A stretch of 64,000 bases of DNA from Armatimonadota bacterium. Its GTDB lineage: Bacteria > Armatimonadota > SYMT01. The notes under the pieces were generated by a model. The model saw only the letters and a list, made by a program, of their open reading frames with translations, did not search any database and was not told where the DNA came from. The DNA lies in contig JAWLHY010000002.1 of the NCBI GenBank assembly GCA_041690135.1, forward strand, positions 1,221,167 through 1,285,166. Direction: 5' to 3'. Positions 1 through 9,115 of the stretch are shown here, piece after piece. How positions within the stretch are numbered: the stretch's first letter is position 1; each line of letters begins with the position of its first letter. The translations under genes were made by a program, and so were the position numbers.

Positions 1-2
1 GA

Positions 3-317
3 CCGGAATTCCAGGCCTGGAAGGACGGGATTTCCGAATTCGCCCTCCGGATGAATGTGAGCTGCAAGCTTTCCGGTGTGATCAAGACCTGCAAGGACAC
101 GCCGAACAAGGCCGCGCAACTCCGACCTCTCGTCGACCACGTGATCGACGCCTTCGGGCCGGACCGGGTGATCTGGGCCAGCGACTGGCCGGTCTGCGAG
201 TTCACCGCCTCCCTGAAGGAGTGGGTGGATGTGGCGCACGCCCTCACCAGCGACCTGCCCAGCGCGGATCGGAAGAAGATCTTCCACGATAACGCGGTGA
301 AGTTCTACCGCGTGTAG
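3..317 (+). CDS. Amidohydrolase family protein (Amidohydro_2), 3' part; truncated by window edge
   Basis: Frame open from base 3; motifs NVSCKLSG, FGPDRVIWASDWPV, IFHDNAVKFY. Confidence 0.85.
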   Translation, partial: PEFQAWKDGISEFALRMNVSCKLSGVIKTCKDTPNKAAQLRPLVDHVIDAFGPDRVIWASDWPVCEFTASLKEWVDVAHALTSDLPSADRKKIFHDNAVKFYRV

Positions 318-330
318 GTGGCCTTTGCAT

Positions 331-361
331 GGAGGGGGCCCGTTCAAGCCGGGGCCCCTCC
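331..361. terminator. GC-rich hairpin just after the amidohydrolase stop
   Basis: GGAGGGGGCCC...GGGGCCCCTCC inverted repeat; no clear U-tract. Confidence 0.5.
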
Positions 362-377
362 AACTGCGGCCTCTCCG

Positions 378-1365
378 ACTAGAGTTCCCGCGCCATTGCT
401 GATGCTTGGAACCAGGGTTACTTGTCACCCCAGTTCTGATCGCCCTCGCTCGCTCTGCGCCGCGGCAGTACCGGTTCTTGGTGAACGGTATGGTCTTTGT
501 TATTGCACCGATGTAGGGCAGGTTTTCCGATGCCTGCCTGGCACTGGGTTCGCACCTGTCTTGCCGTGTGGGGCTCCGATTACCCTGGCCTATGCGAGGC
601 CTTCCCGTCCGGTGTCGAGCATTGTGCTACGCTGGCTGCCCGGGTTTTTGTTCGCCTTGCTGACCAGCTACCGTGTAGTCCCCCCGCGCCCTAGTCACCC
701 GCAGGCTCCCTCACGCGACAATCGGCCCTGCGCTCGGCCTTTCACGCTCGTCCCTCGCTAGCGGCCGGCTCCGGGCGCAAAATACGCAATTGGCTCCCCG
801 CGTGAAGACTGGCGGCGTGGCCCAGATTGGCGGTTAACGGGAGCCTGCGGGCGCCGTCGAGCGACCTCCCCCTCTGGGGAGGTCACAAGAGGGGGCGTCC
901 GACACGCCCCCAGTGATTCCGGTAGCCGCTCAACTGATGTCAACGATCCGCACTTCTGCCGAACCTGTGGCCGACCTATCGGCTCGATGTGTTGCCCCGT
1001 TGGGTAACTCACTCGCGGGGGTCCGACACCCCAGGGGTCAGACGGCAGTCTGCTTTTCGTTCTGAACTCCATACCCTTGTATGTCCATCCGTCACCATAG
1101 GTTAGAACCGCCATCGAACCTCAGGCCGACGGGTCGGCCAGGATGTGGCTCCCCCTGGGGGGAGCGGCTTAAGCTGGAGAGGGGACGACCGTTCACGCCT
1201 GGCGGAAGGCACAGTGCCAGGCCGTTGCGCGGGAAGTTGATTTGCCAGGCACGTCCGGAGCCGGCCGCTAGCGAGGGACGAGCGTGAAAGGCCGAGCGGA
1301 GGACCAGACTCGCGGGAGGGCGTCCCCTCGGAGGTGAGGGCCGGGGGGACTTACCGGTAGCCGCA
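378..1365. ncRNA. Candidate large structured RNA or non-autonomous element
   Basis: No credible ORF; lies between convergent genes; about 10 local hairpins plus long-range complementarity (see findings). Confidence 0.4.
731..1298. repeat. Perfect 44-bp inverted repeat pair (731-774 and 1255-1298)
   Basis: CGCTCGGCCTTTCACGCTCGTCCCTCGCTAGCGGCCGGCTCCGG and its exact reverse complement; degenerate similarity continues outward to 667/1361. Confidence 0.95.
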
Positions 1366-1434
1366 AAGCGAGAGATGAAACACCACCGTTGTTGATGAGC
1401 TCAATGGTTCGCGGCACACCGCCCCCTGTGAAAG

Positions 1435-2022
1435 CTATCGCTCCGGCCGCTCCGGCAACTCCACCCGCGCATAGATCTCTGCCAGCGAGAGCGTTATCTC
1501 CGCCACCGCATCCAGGGGCACGGCGGCATCGGGACCCTCGAATTCCTGAAATACCCATTCCTCTGCGCGTCGCTCGAACCGCTCGACGCGCATCCGATCT
1601 GAGGAGACCACCCAGTACTCTCGCAGCGAAGTTATGCGACGGTAGTGCCCAAACTTCGCGCCGCGGTCGTAGGCTTCGGTGGACGGAGAGAGGACCTCGA
1701 TCAGCACGGCAGGATTGACCAGCGTGTTCGGGTCTTCGGGATCGAACTCTTCCGGGGCGCAGGCGATCGAGAGATCGGGGTAGGTATAGAAGCCCAGGGT
1801 GGGGATACCGACCCTCTGATCGCTTCCAATGGGCTGACAGGGAGATGTGCGAAGTGCGGCCCAGAGTAGCCCGGTCAGGTTGGCAGTGATCTGGTTGTGC
1901 GCCCGTGACGCTCCGGCCATCGCGTAGAGCCGGCCGTTCACCAGTTCATGACGGATGGGAGAGTCTCGCTCGAACGCCAGATACTCAGCGGGCGAAATGG
2001 ATCGGTCTTCAGCGGCGGACAT
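1435..2022 (-). CDS. Uma2 family endonuclease (DUF820)
   Basis: YLAFER..RHELVNG..AMAGAS..HN, YTYPD, IEVLSPST..YDRGAKF..Y. Confidence 0.93.
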   Translation of the reverse strand: MSAAEDRSISPAEYLAFERDSPIRHELVNGRLYAMAGASRAHNQITANLTGLLWAALRTSPCQPIGSDQRVGIPTLGFYTYPDLSIACAPEEFDPEDPNTLVNPAVLIEVLSPSTEAYDRGAKFGHYRRITSLREYWVVSSDRMRVERFERRAEEWVFQEFEGPDAAVPLDAVAEITLSLAEIYARVELPERPER

Positions 2023-2325
2023 GGAGGCGAATCTCTTGGTGTTAGGTGTGGGGGCCAGGTCTTGTGGGAGCTAAGGGGTTGGGGCGAGTAACTGGGAAGG
2101 TACGGTTTCCCTGAGGGAGGCCGACACCCGCGCGCGGGTACCCGGCGCCGTCACTCCGGCAAGCCTCGCGGACCTGCGTGGAGAAACAGGCTTGTACCGA
2201 ACGGTCAAAAACTGGCCAGATTCTTCCCCCAACCCCTTAGTGCCGGCGAGTAAGGGTATGTCCCACCCCTCAATTGTAACAGTCCCTTTCGCTCTGGTCG
2301 GCACCAACGTACCGGATGTCTCGGA

Positions 2326-4011
2326 TCACTTCACCGCTTCGCCATCGTAAAGCGGCAGCATCACCCGGGACGGGTGCTTTGCGGAGAGGTGTATCGTATT
2401 CGTGGCCACGCGGCCCTTGCCGGGCGTAAAGTGCGGTTCGCCGGTGTTCGGGTTCGGCTCGAAGCGAGGGGCATTGGACGAGGAGACGGCGATCCGGATG
2501 CGGTGGCCCTTGTTGAACACCTGCGACGTGCTCCAGAGGTCCACGTTCAGCTCGTAGACCCTGCCGGGCTCCAGCAGCTCGCGCTTCGAGAAGCTCTTGC
2601 GGAGCGAGGCGCGTCGGATGCCGTCGGTCACTAGCAGGGAACGGCCGTCGGGGTAGACGTCCGTAAGCTTCACCGTAAAGTCGGTGTCCGGTCCGTCCGT
2701 GGAAACGTAAAGCTTTGCGGAGACGCGGCCGGTTACCTCCGCCGCCTGCATCAGCGGCTCGCTGGTGAAGACGAGGACGTCCGGACGGGACTCCACCGGG
2801 CGTTGGTCCATCGGCCCTTTGGCTATCCCCAGGTTCTGGCCGCCGGTCGTGGGCACCGGTTTCTCGGGGTCGTACTTGTAGGTAAGGTCGCGCTCGCCGT
2901 CTGGCTTTTTCAACGAGAGCTTGCCGTCCGCGCGAAGATACAGCGGCGTCGGCGTGGAGGGGGGCGGCCACGTGTCCGCCGAGCGCCACGCGTTGCCCGG
3001 CGAGTCGGCCTCTCCCACCGCGCCCATCACATAGTAGTGGACCGGCTTCAGCTTTTCCACGGCCGGGTCCGGCTTCTGCGCCCAGTGCCCGATGACGTTC
3101 ATCGGTGCGATGAGGTTGAGCGGTGCCTCGCTGGCTCCCGGGTACTCGACCTTCTCGGCATACGCGCCGTGGGCCTGCGGTCCGATCACCAGGAAGCACT
3201 TCCCCCGGGCGCCGGGCCCGCCCCGCTTCTGGATATTCACAAACGAGTTGATCGTCCCCTGGACGAAGATGTCGTGCCAGCCGCCGATGAACACGCCCGG
3301 AGCATTCACCTGCTCGGCATGGGCGTCGGCGCTGAGCCCCTGCCAGAATTCGTCGTAAGTGGGATGCGCGAGGAACGTCTTCAGGTTGACGTCCTCCATC
3401 CGGGTAGCCTTGAGCCAGCCTTCCAGCAACTCCTTCCGCCACACGCCGCCCTGGTAAGCCGCCTGGTGGTAGTAGTCCGAAAAGGCCATAAGCACGACCT
3501 GGCCCTTTAGCGCTTCCGGGGCATTCGGCGCGGCCATGTTCTGCGTGATGCCCAGCGCGGAGGCGCCCCAGGTCACCACCTTCCCATTCGACCACGGCTG
3601 CTTCGCGATCCAGCGGAGGGTATCGTGACCGTCCTGATGCTTGCCGCCCAGGCCGTCGTTCGCGAAGATGATGGCATGATTCCCCTCCGAGGCGAACCGG
3701 CCGCGCATGTCCTGTGAGACCACGGCGTAACCCATGCGCCCCAGTGCTTCGAGCTGGGCTTTACCCACTCCCTTTCCGTAAGGGGTGCGGGCCAGGATCG
3801 TGGGGAACGGCGGCTGTTTGCCGGGTGGCACATACACGTCGGTCGCGAGCCGGATCCCGTCCGCCATCGGCACCATCACGGTCTGCAGCCCGGCCTGACC
3901 CTTCCCTTGCGCCGCCGCGCGCACGCCCCGTCCGGCCGCACACCCTCCCAGCGCGGCCGCCGCCAGAAGGAGACCGATGCCGGTGACCCGAACGCCGAAT
4001 GGGAGAGTCAT
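2326..4011 (-). CDS. CocE/NonD family hydrolase (peptidase S15-like), probable lipoprotein
   Basis: VPMADGIRLATDVY, RTPYGK, QDMRGRFASEG, GASALG nucleophile elbow, C-terminal DTDFTVKL/GHRIRIAVSSSN; LGGC lipobox; start chosen at MTLPF. Confidence 0.88.
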   Translation of the reverse strand: MTLPFGVRVTGIGLLLAAAALGGCAAGRGVRAAAQGKGQAGLQTVMVPMADGIRLATDVYVPPGKQPPFPTILARTPYGKGVGKAQLEALGRMGYAVVSQDMRGRFASEGNHAIIFANDGLGGKHQDGHDTLRWIAKQPWSNGKVVTWGASALGITQNMAAPNAPEALKGQVVLMAFSDYYHQAAYQGGVWRKELLEGWLKATRMEDVNLKTFLAHPTYDEFWQGLSADAHAEQVNAPGVFIGGWHDIFVQGTINSFVNIQKRGGPGARGKCFLVIGPQAHGAYAEKVEYPGASEAPLNLIAPMNVIGHWAQKPDPAVEKLKPVHYYVMGAVGEADSPGNAWRSADTWPPPSTPTPLYLRADGKLSLKKPDGERDLTYKYDPEKPVPTTGGQNLGIAKGPMDQRPVESRPDVLVFTSEPLMQAAEVTGRVSAKLYVSTDGPDTDFTVKLTDVYPDGRSLLVTDGIRRASLRKSFSKRELLEPGRVYELNVDLWSTSQVFNKGHRIRIAVSSSNAPRFEPNPNTGEPHFTPGKGRVATNTIHLSAKHPSRVMLPLYDGEAVK

Positions 4012-4236
4012 GACCGCTGTTCCTCCACCTACCGCCTCCAACAGGAGCCTTGCTTCGGCAGTTGGCTGGCTGAGGTCCCGATCCCTGCCGGAACCCATCT
4101 AGCGTACTCCAAAGGCGGCAGATTCTGGGTGGGAATACTCCATTCGGTTTACTTTCTGGCGGGCAAGGAGGAAGCAGGTTGCCCGGATAAGAAAAGGACG
4201 GGTGTGCTACGATCCAACTGGCGTAAGGGGGAGCGA

Positions 4237-4941
4237 ATGAAACGGTGGTTCGCAGTTAGCGGGTTAGGGTTGTTGGCGACGTTACTGGGAGGCGCGCAGC
4301 CGGCCATGGCGCAGACGGTGCTGGCGGCAAGCCACTTTGACGCTGATCGCGAAGGCTGGGTGGCGCAGGATCTCGGCAGCCCGAACCCCGGTGCACCACC
4401 GGTTCATCTTGCCACCTACATTCCTACATACCAGAGCACCGGAGGTAATCCGGGCGGGCACCTGCAGTTGGGAGACCCCACTGGGAACGCCTGGTACTGG
4501 TACGCCCCCGGCGCCTTCTTGGGCAATAAATCGAGTGCCTATGGGGGCACGCTCTCCTACCAGCTCAAGGTGACGGGTGGCACGGAACCATTCACGCAAC
4601 CGGATGTGATTCTTGTGGGGGGCGGGCTGACGCTCGTCCGCGGGAACCTGGCGCCTCCCGGGTCGGTGAGTTTCAACTCCTACCAGTTGAACCTCTCGGA
4701 GACGGGTTGGACCCGGAACGCCCTGGGAGGGGTGGCCGCTACAGACGAGGATATGAAGACGGTGCTGGGTAATCTCTCGCACCTCTATATTCGGGGGGAA
4801 TACCGGGCCGGAACGGACACCGGCTATCTGGACAACGTGGTGCTGACCAGCGCGGCGCCGACCGCGGTCCCGGAGCCGGGCTCGCTGTTGCTCTTCCTGC
4901 CGGCCCTGGCGGCGGTAGTGGCGCTGCGGCGCAAGCAGTAA
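4237..4941 (+). CDS. PEP-CTERM surface protein with laminin B (laminin IV type A)-like domain
   Basis: Signal peptide; YWYAP..FLGNKSSAYGGTLSY, PDVILVG, VLGNLSHLYIRGEY, LDNVVL; C-terminal VPEPGS-TM-RRK. Confidence 0.85.
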   Translation: MKRWFAVSGLGLLATLLGGAQPAMAQTVLAASHFDADREGWVAQDLGSPNPGAPPVHLATYIPTYQSTGGNPGGHLQLGDPTGNAWYWYAPGAFLGNKSSAYGGTLSYQLKVTGGTEPFTQPDVILVGGGLTLVRGNLAPPGSVSFNSYQLNLSETGWTRNALGGVAATDEDMKTVLGNLSHLYIRGEYRAGTDTGYLDNVVLTSAAPTAVPEPGSLLLFLPALAAVVALRRKQ

Positions 4942-5025
4942 TTGACCTCCCGTATACCCAAGCCGCTTCAACCACCTACCGAACGTTTACTCTCCAAAGG
5001 GGGCCTGAACGCCGACTGCCGGCCG

Positions 5026-5068
5026 CCTGACCACCCGACCACCTGAACACCTGAACACCCGACCACCT
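5026..5068. repeat. Degenerate 8-mer tandem repeat (CACCTGAA/CACCCGAC)
   Basis: About 5 units between convergent stops. Confidence 0.7.
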
Positions 5069-6665
5069 ACTCCCCATACACCACCGCCCCTAACAAGTAG
5101 CACTCGGTTCCGGATGAGCGCGAGTCCTTACCGGCGGTGGTGACCAGGCGGAGGGTATGTCTTCCCGGCTTCAGGCCGTAGATGTGCCACAGGCTGTCGT
5201 CGACGGTGTTCGGGGGGATGTAGAAGTCGACGGTCCCCGCCTTCTTTCCATCCAGGAACACATCGGCCCGGCCGCCGCTGGGGGAATGGGGTCCCACCAG
5301 CGCCACGCCGGTCCCCTCGAAGGAGAGGGTCCCCTCCTGGCCCGTTGAAGTGGTCAACTTGCCCCCGAGCGGCGTACGATACTCGATTTTTCCGGACCGG
5401 TCACTCCACTCGCCGCGCCAGTTCCAGTCGGGGCCCGTGGCGGGGATAATCCGCAAGGGCCGGCCCATGCTCCACTGCTCCAGCTTCGGCGGGCGCGGGG
5501 CCTGGTGGGGGACTGTGATTTCCGTATCACTCCAGCTTCCGCCCGCACGGGTCACCACCTGGCGGGCCCGGTTTAGTGTGGAGCGGATGATGTCGTTGAA
5601 GGAATAATTGGTGTAATCGAACTTCCGGCCGGCGAGCGCGGGCAGGCCGGACTTCCACTTCTCCGGAATGCGGTCATACCCCAGCATCACCCCCAGCACC
5701 CCGGCAGCGCTGGCAGGGTTGCAATCCGAATCCTGGCCGCAGCGAGTGGAAATCTCCAGGGTCCGGCCGAAGTCGCCGTCGCCATAAAGCATCCCGATGG
5801 CGATGTAGGCGCCGTTCAGACGGGCGTCGATATTGAAGGGCTGGAGCGCACCGCCCGAGCAGGAATCGTCGCGGTCCCACCGTTCCTGGACCTTCTGCCA
5901 GGTCAAGCGCCATTGCTTCGGTTCGTCGCGGTGCCAGGCCAGCACGTCCCGGATGATCCGGGCGTACCCGCTCCGCGGCGGGAGCGAGGCGAGGCCCAGT
6001 TCCACGATGCGGCGGGGATCTTTTTCAAAGAAGGCGGCGGAATACATGGCGGTGACGAAGGTGCCGCCGTAGAGGCCGTCCCCATGGTTCATCACCCGGC
6101 CCACCCGCTCGCAGAAGCGGCTGGCCTCCCGCGGCAGACCCGGCGTCATCAGGCCGATGAAGTCCGCCTCGATCTGGAAGTCGATGTCGTTGGCGTGGAG
6201 GTTGTACTTCGGGTGTCCGGACCACGGCGCGGGCACGCCGGCATTCAACAACCGGCGTGCGGCCGCGTTGGCGTGCCAGAGCTGGTACTTCGAGTCGCGG
6301 AAGGCTTCACCGTACTGCTGCGTGGTGGCGTCCAGCCCCACGCGGTCCATCACCTCCGCGAAGGTCATCTCCACGTAGAGGTCGTCCTGGTGGAGCGTGT
6401 TCTCGATCTGCTCCGGCTTCCAGGGGATCTCCCCGTCGATCGTACGGCCCAGGTAGCGGAACTCGGTGGGGGCGCCGTACGCCACACCGATCATCTGCCC
6501 GGCCCAGCCACCGCGCACGCGGTCCTCCATCTCCGCCGGCCGCATCCGTCGGAGCGGTTCGGTCGGTCCAGCCGTGGATGCAGCGGTGAATAGCAGTCCC
6601 GCGGCAGCAAGGAGCGCGCTGGAAGCGGTGGCCGTCGTGGAGCGACGGAAGGATCTGTTACTCAT
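5067..6665 (-). CDS. ADP-ribosylglycohydrolase family protein, secreted, with C-terminal beta-sandwich domain
   Basis: GGWAGQMIGVAYGAPTE, QDDLY, DIDFQIEADF, GQDSDCNPASAAG; N-terminal hydrophobic signal. Confidence 0.85.
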   Translation of the reverse strand: MSNRSFRRSTTATASSALLAAAGLLFTAASTAGPTEPLRRMRPAEMEDRVRGGWAGQMIGVAYGAPTEFRYLGRTIDGEIPWKPEQIENTLHQDDLYVEMTFAEVMDRVGLDATTQQYGEAFRDSKYQLWHANAAARRLLNAGVPAPWSGHPKYNLHANDIDFQIEADFIGLMTPGLPREASRFCERVGRVMNHGDGLYGGTFVTAMYSAAFFEKDPRRIVELGLASLPPRSGYARIIRDVLAWHRDEPKQWRLTWQKVQERWDRDDSCSGGALQPFNIDARLNGAYIAIGMLYGDGDFGRTLEISTRCGQDSDCNPASAAGVLGVMLGYDRIPEKWKSGLPALAGRKFDYTNYSFNDIIRSTLNRARQVVTRAGGSWSDTEITVPHQAPRPPKLEQWSMGRPLRIIPATGPDWNWRGEWSDRSGKIEYRTPLGGKLTTSTGQEGTLSFEGTGVALVGPHSPSGGRADVFLDGKKAGTVDFYIPPNTVDDSLWHIYGLKPGRHTLRLVTTAGKDSRSSGTECYLLGAVVYGE

Positions 6666-6677
6666 TGACTCTAGTCC

Positions 6678-7334
6678 TCACACTGCGGATGGGTTCCGGA
6701 GGAAGCTCAGCGTCCTCTCCCAGGCCAGGCCGGCAGCGGCGCGGTCGTAGGCGTCCGTGCGGTCCGGCTCGCAGAACCAGTGGCCCGTGCCGGGGTAGCG
6801 ATGGAAGGTCACCGGGCGGCCAGCCCGGCGAAGGGCCTCTTCCAGATGGTCGACGTTGCCGGCCGGTTCGAACGGATCGTCCTCCGCAAATTGGCCCAGG
6901 TACGCGGCCCGGGAGTTGCGGCAATCGTCGTCGCCGGTGCCATAGTAAAGGACCACGGACTGGATGAAGTCAGCCTGGGTGGCGGCGAGTTCGAGCGCAT
7001 AAAAGGCGCCCAGGGAGAAGCCCACGACGGCCAGACCATCCTTCCTGCATCCGGTCCGCTCGTGGAGATTCCGGGCTGCCTCGGCGATCTCCGCCCGGGC
7101 GCGAAGCGAGTCGGCTTCGAGGGTCTCGGCGAGTGCCTCCGCCTCCGGGACGGTCGTCGCGACCTTGCCATGGTAGAGGTCCGGCGCAAAGGCGACGTAC
7201 CCGGCGTCGGCAAGTTGCGTGCAGACCGACCTGATCGTGTCGTTCAACCCCCACCAGGCGTGAAGGACCAGCACCCCCGGTCCGCTGCCGGTGGGTGGGA
7301 TGGCGAGGAAGCCATCAGGTTGAGACGTGGACAT
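6678..7334 (-). CDS. Dienelactone hydrolase family protein
   Basis: VLHAWWGLN, APDLYHG, GFSLG, YPGTGHWF. Confidence 0.92.
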   Translation of the reverse strand: MSTSQPDGFLAIPPTGSGPGVLVLHAWWGLNDTIRSVCTQLADAGYVAFAPDLYHGKVATTVPEAEALAETLEADSLRARAEIAEAARNLHERTGCRKDGLAVVGFSLGAFYALELAATQADFIQSVVLYYGTGDDDCRNSRAAYLGQFAEDDPFEPAGNVDHLEEALRRAGRPVTFHRYPGTGHWFCEPDRTDAYDRAAAGLAWERTLSFLRNPSAV

Positions 7335-7353
7335 TAACTCCTCCCGGTCTGGA

Positions 7354-8580
7354 TCAGCGAGTGTTGGTCAGGATGCTGGCTATCAGGCGTTCGACGGCGT
7401 CCCGGGCGCCATGGGTGCTCACCGCCGAGGCCAGGATGTGGGCGCGTTCGGTCACTCCAGGTTGAAGAGCTTGCCCGAGTGCGTCGGTCAGCGATTCGGG
7501 TGTTGGCGTGCCCGGTGCGTGCGCGGCGCCGATACCGAGGCGCTGGACTCGCTCGGCCCAGTAGGGCTGGTCATAGACCTGGGGCAGGACGAATTGCGGC
7601 ACACCGGCCAGCGCAGCGAGGGTGGTCGTTCCCGCGCCGCCGTGGTGGACGACCGCGGCCAAGCGTGGGAAGAGCGCCCGCAGGTTGGCCTCCCCGATCG
7701 CCAGGCAGTCGGGTGCATCGTCGATGAGCGACAATTCGGCCCATCCCTGCGACACGATCGCCCGGCACCCGAGGGCGCGCGCCGCCTGGATCATCACCTG
7801 GCTGAGGTCCTGCGAGGCGTGCGTGCTGCCGAAGCCGAAGTAAACGGGCGGCTCACCCGCGCTGAGGAACGCCTCCAACTCGGGGGAGAGGGGTCGTTCG
7901 TCCGGCAAGACCCAGGCGCCGGTCTGCACTACGGAGAGTTCCGTGGGCTCGGGCCAGGGCGCCAGGGTTGGGTCGGCGGCCAGCCATGGCCGGTCAGTGA
8001 AGATGTGGTGGCGCACGTTGTCGACCGGCGGCAGCCCGGCGGAAACGCGGTGGGAATTGAGCGCGGCGCTCCACATGCCGTTCCAGCGCTGGGCATCATG
8101 CGCCCAGAGTTCGCGGTTGTCGACATCGGATGCGGTCGTCGTTCCCTGGCCGGGCCACGGAATGGGGGCGTGGTGGGGCGAGGGGAGCACGGTCGGGCAA
8201 TAGGCGGCGAAGACGTAGGGGATCCCCAGCCTCTCCGCCACGGAACGTGCGGCGAGTTGTAGGGCGGTGGCTCCCACGATGAGGTCGCACCCCTGCGCCG
8301 CCGCCGTGACGGTTTGGAACTGGGTGGCGATCGTGGCTTCCGCTATCTGGCGCAGCATCTCGGGCGTGGGCGGAGTTGCCGCGGCAGGGGGACGCGCGGC
8401 CGCTTGGCGCAACTCGGGACCGATGGGCGTAACGGAGAAGCCGAAGCTTTCGATCCACTCCCGGAAGTCGGGCGGCACGCAAAAATGCACGTCCTGACCG
8501 AGAGCCCGCAATTCCATTCCGAGCGCCACCAACGGCTGGACATCCCCCCGCGAGCCAATGGTCGAAAGCAATATACGCAT
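7354..8580 (-). CDS. GT1 glycosyltransferase (GtfA/B- and Rgt-like)
   Basis: MRILLSTIGSRGDVQPLVAL, PVYFGFGS, VHHGGAGTT, DQPYWA. Confidence 0.9.
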   Translation of the reverse strand: MRILLSTIGSRGDVQPLVALGMELRALGQDVHFCVPPDFREWIESFGFSVTPIGPELRQAAARPPAAATPPTPEMLRQIAEATIATQFQTVTAAAQGCDLIVGATALQLAARSVAERLGIPYVFAAYCPTVLPSPHHAPIPWPGQGTTTASDVDNRELWAHDAQRWNGMWSAALNSHRVSAGLPPVDNVRHHIFTDRPWLAADPTLAPWPEPTELSVVQTGAWVLPDERPLSPELEAFLSAGEPPVYFGFGSTHASQDLSQVMIQAARALGCRAIVSQGWAELSLIDDAPDCLAIGEANLRALFPRLAAVVHHGGAGTTTLAALAGVPQFVLPQVYDQPYWAERVQRLGIGAAHAPGTPTPESLTDALGQALQPGVTERAHILASAVSTHGARDAVERLIASILTNTR

Positions 8581-8619
8581 GAAAGACCTCCCAACTTTCC
8601 CAGACGAGCTAGGTTTACG

Positions 8620-9086
8620 GCCCGAGGGGCGCGGGCGCCGGATACCCGCGGAGTGGGTGTGGGCAGTCGCCGTCCGTAGCCGGAGCACCCACTTGTGGGT
8701 CGTCACTCGTCCAGCCGTAAACCCCGCCTAATCCGTGTGGGTCTGGTGCAAAGCCCAACGGCGCCGGCCCTACCCAAGAGGCCCTATGCTTCGCCGCGTG
8801 TACTCAAGCCCCGGCTACAAACGGCCGCTGTCCAACGGCGCCTGCGGTACCCAAGCGGCTCAAGCCGCGGCTACACAAGACGAAGCCGACCTCCGTCGGC
8901 TAGAAACCTTGAAACGCTGGTGTTTCTCGGGTTGGCAAGCATTTGGATTGTGACGGATCCTTCTTCTCCAATTACTAACCCTGCGCACGGAGCCGACGGA
9001 GGTCGGCTTCGCTGTTTGTAGCCGCGAGTTTAGTCGCCCAGCCGAGGTGTAGCCGGGGCTCCCACTTGTGGGTCGTCACTCGCCCA
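8620..9086. repeat. REP/BIME-like cluster
   Basis: 38-bp direct repeat at 8676-8713 and 9049-9086 (35/38) enclosing an inverted pair at 8866-8901 and 8991-9026 of palindromic AGCCGACGGAGGTCGGCT-GTAGCC units. Confidence 0.8.
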
Positions 9087-9115
9087 ATATACTCGGCTTA
9101 CCGATGCGCTACCGG

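Noticed and set aside
318-1400. Short ORFs in the structured region; group I/II intron, retron or cobalamin riboswitch interpretations
   Set aside because: The ORFs have no family motifs. There is no domain V and no RT gene, and the B12-like words are out of order.
8676-9086. 38-bp direct repeats as a CRISPR array
   Set aside because: Only two copies, about 335 bp apart, and no cas genes.
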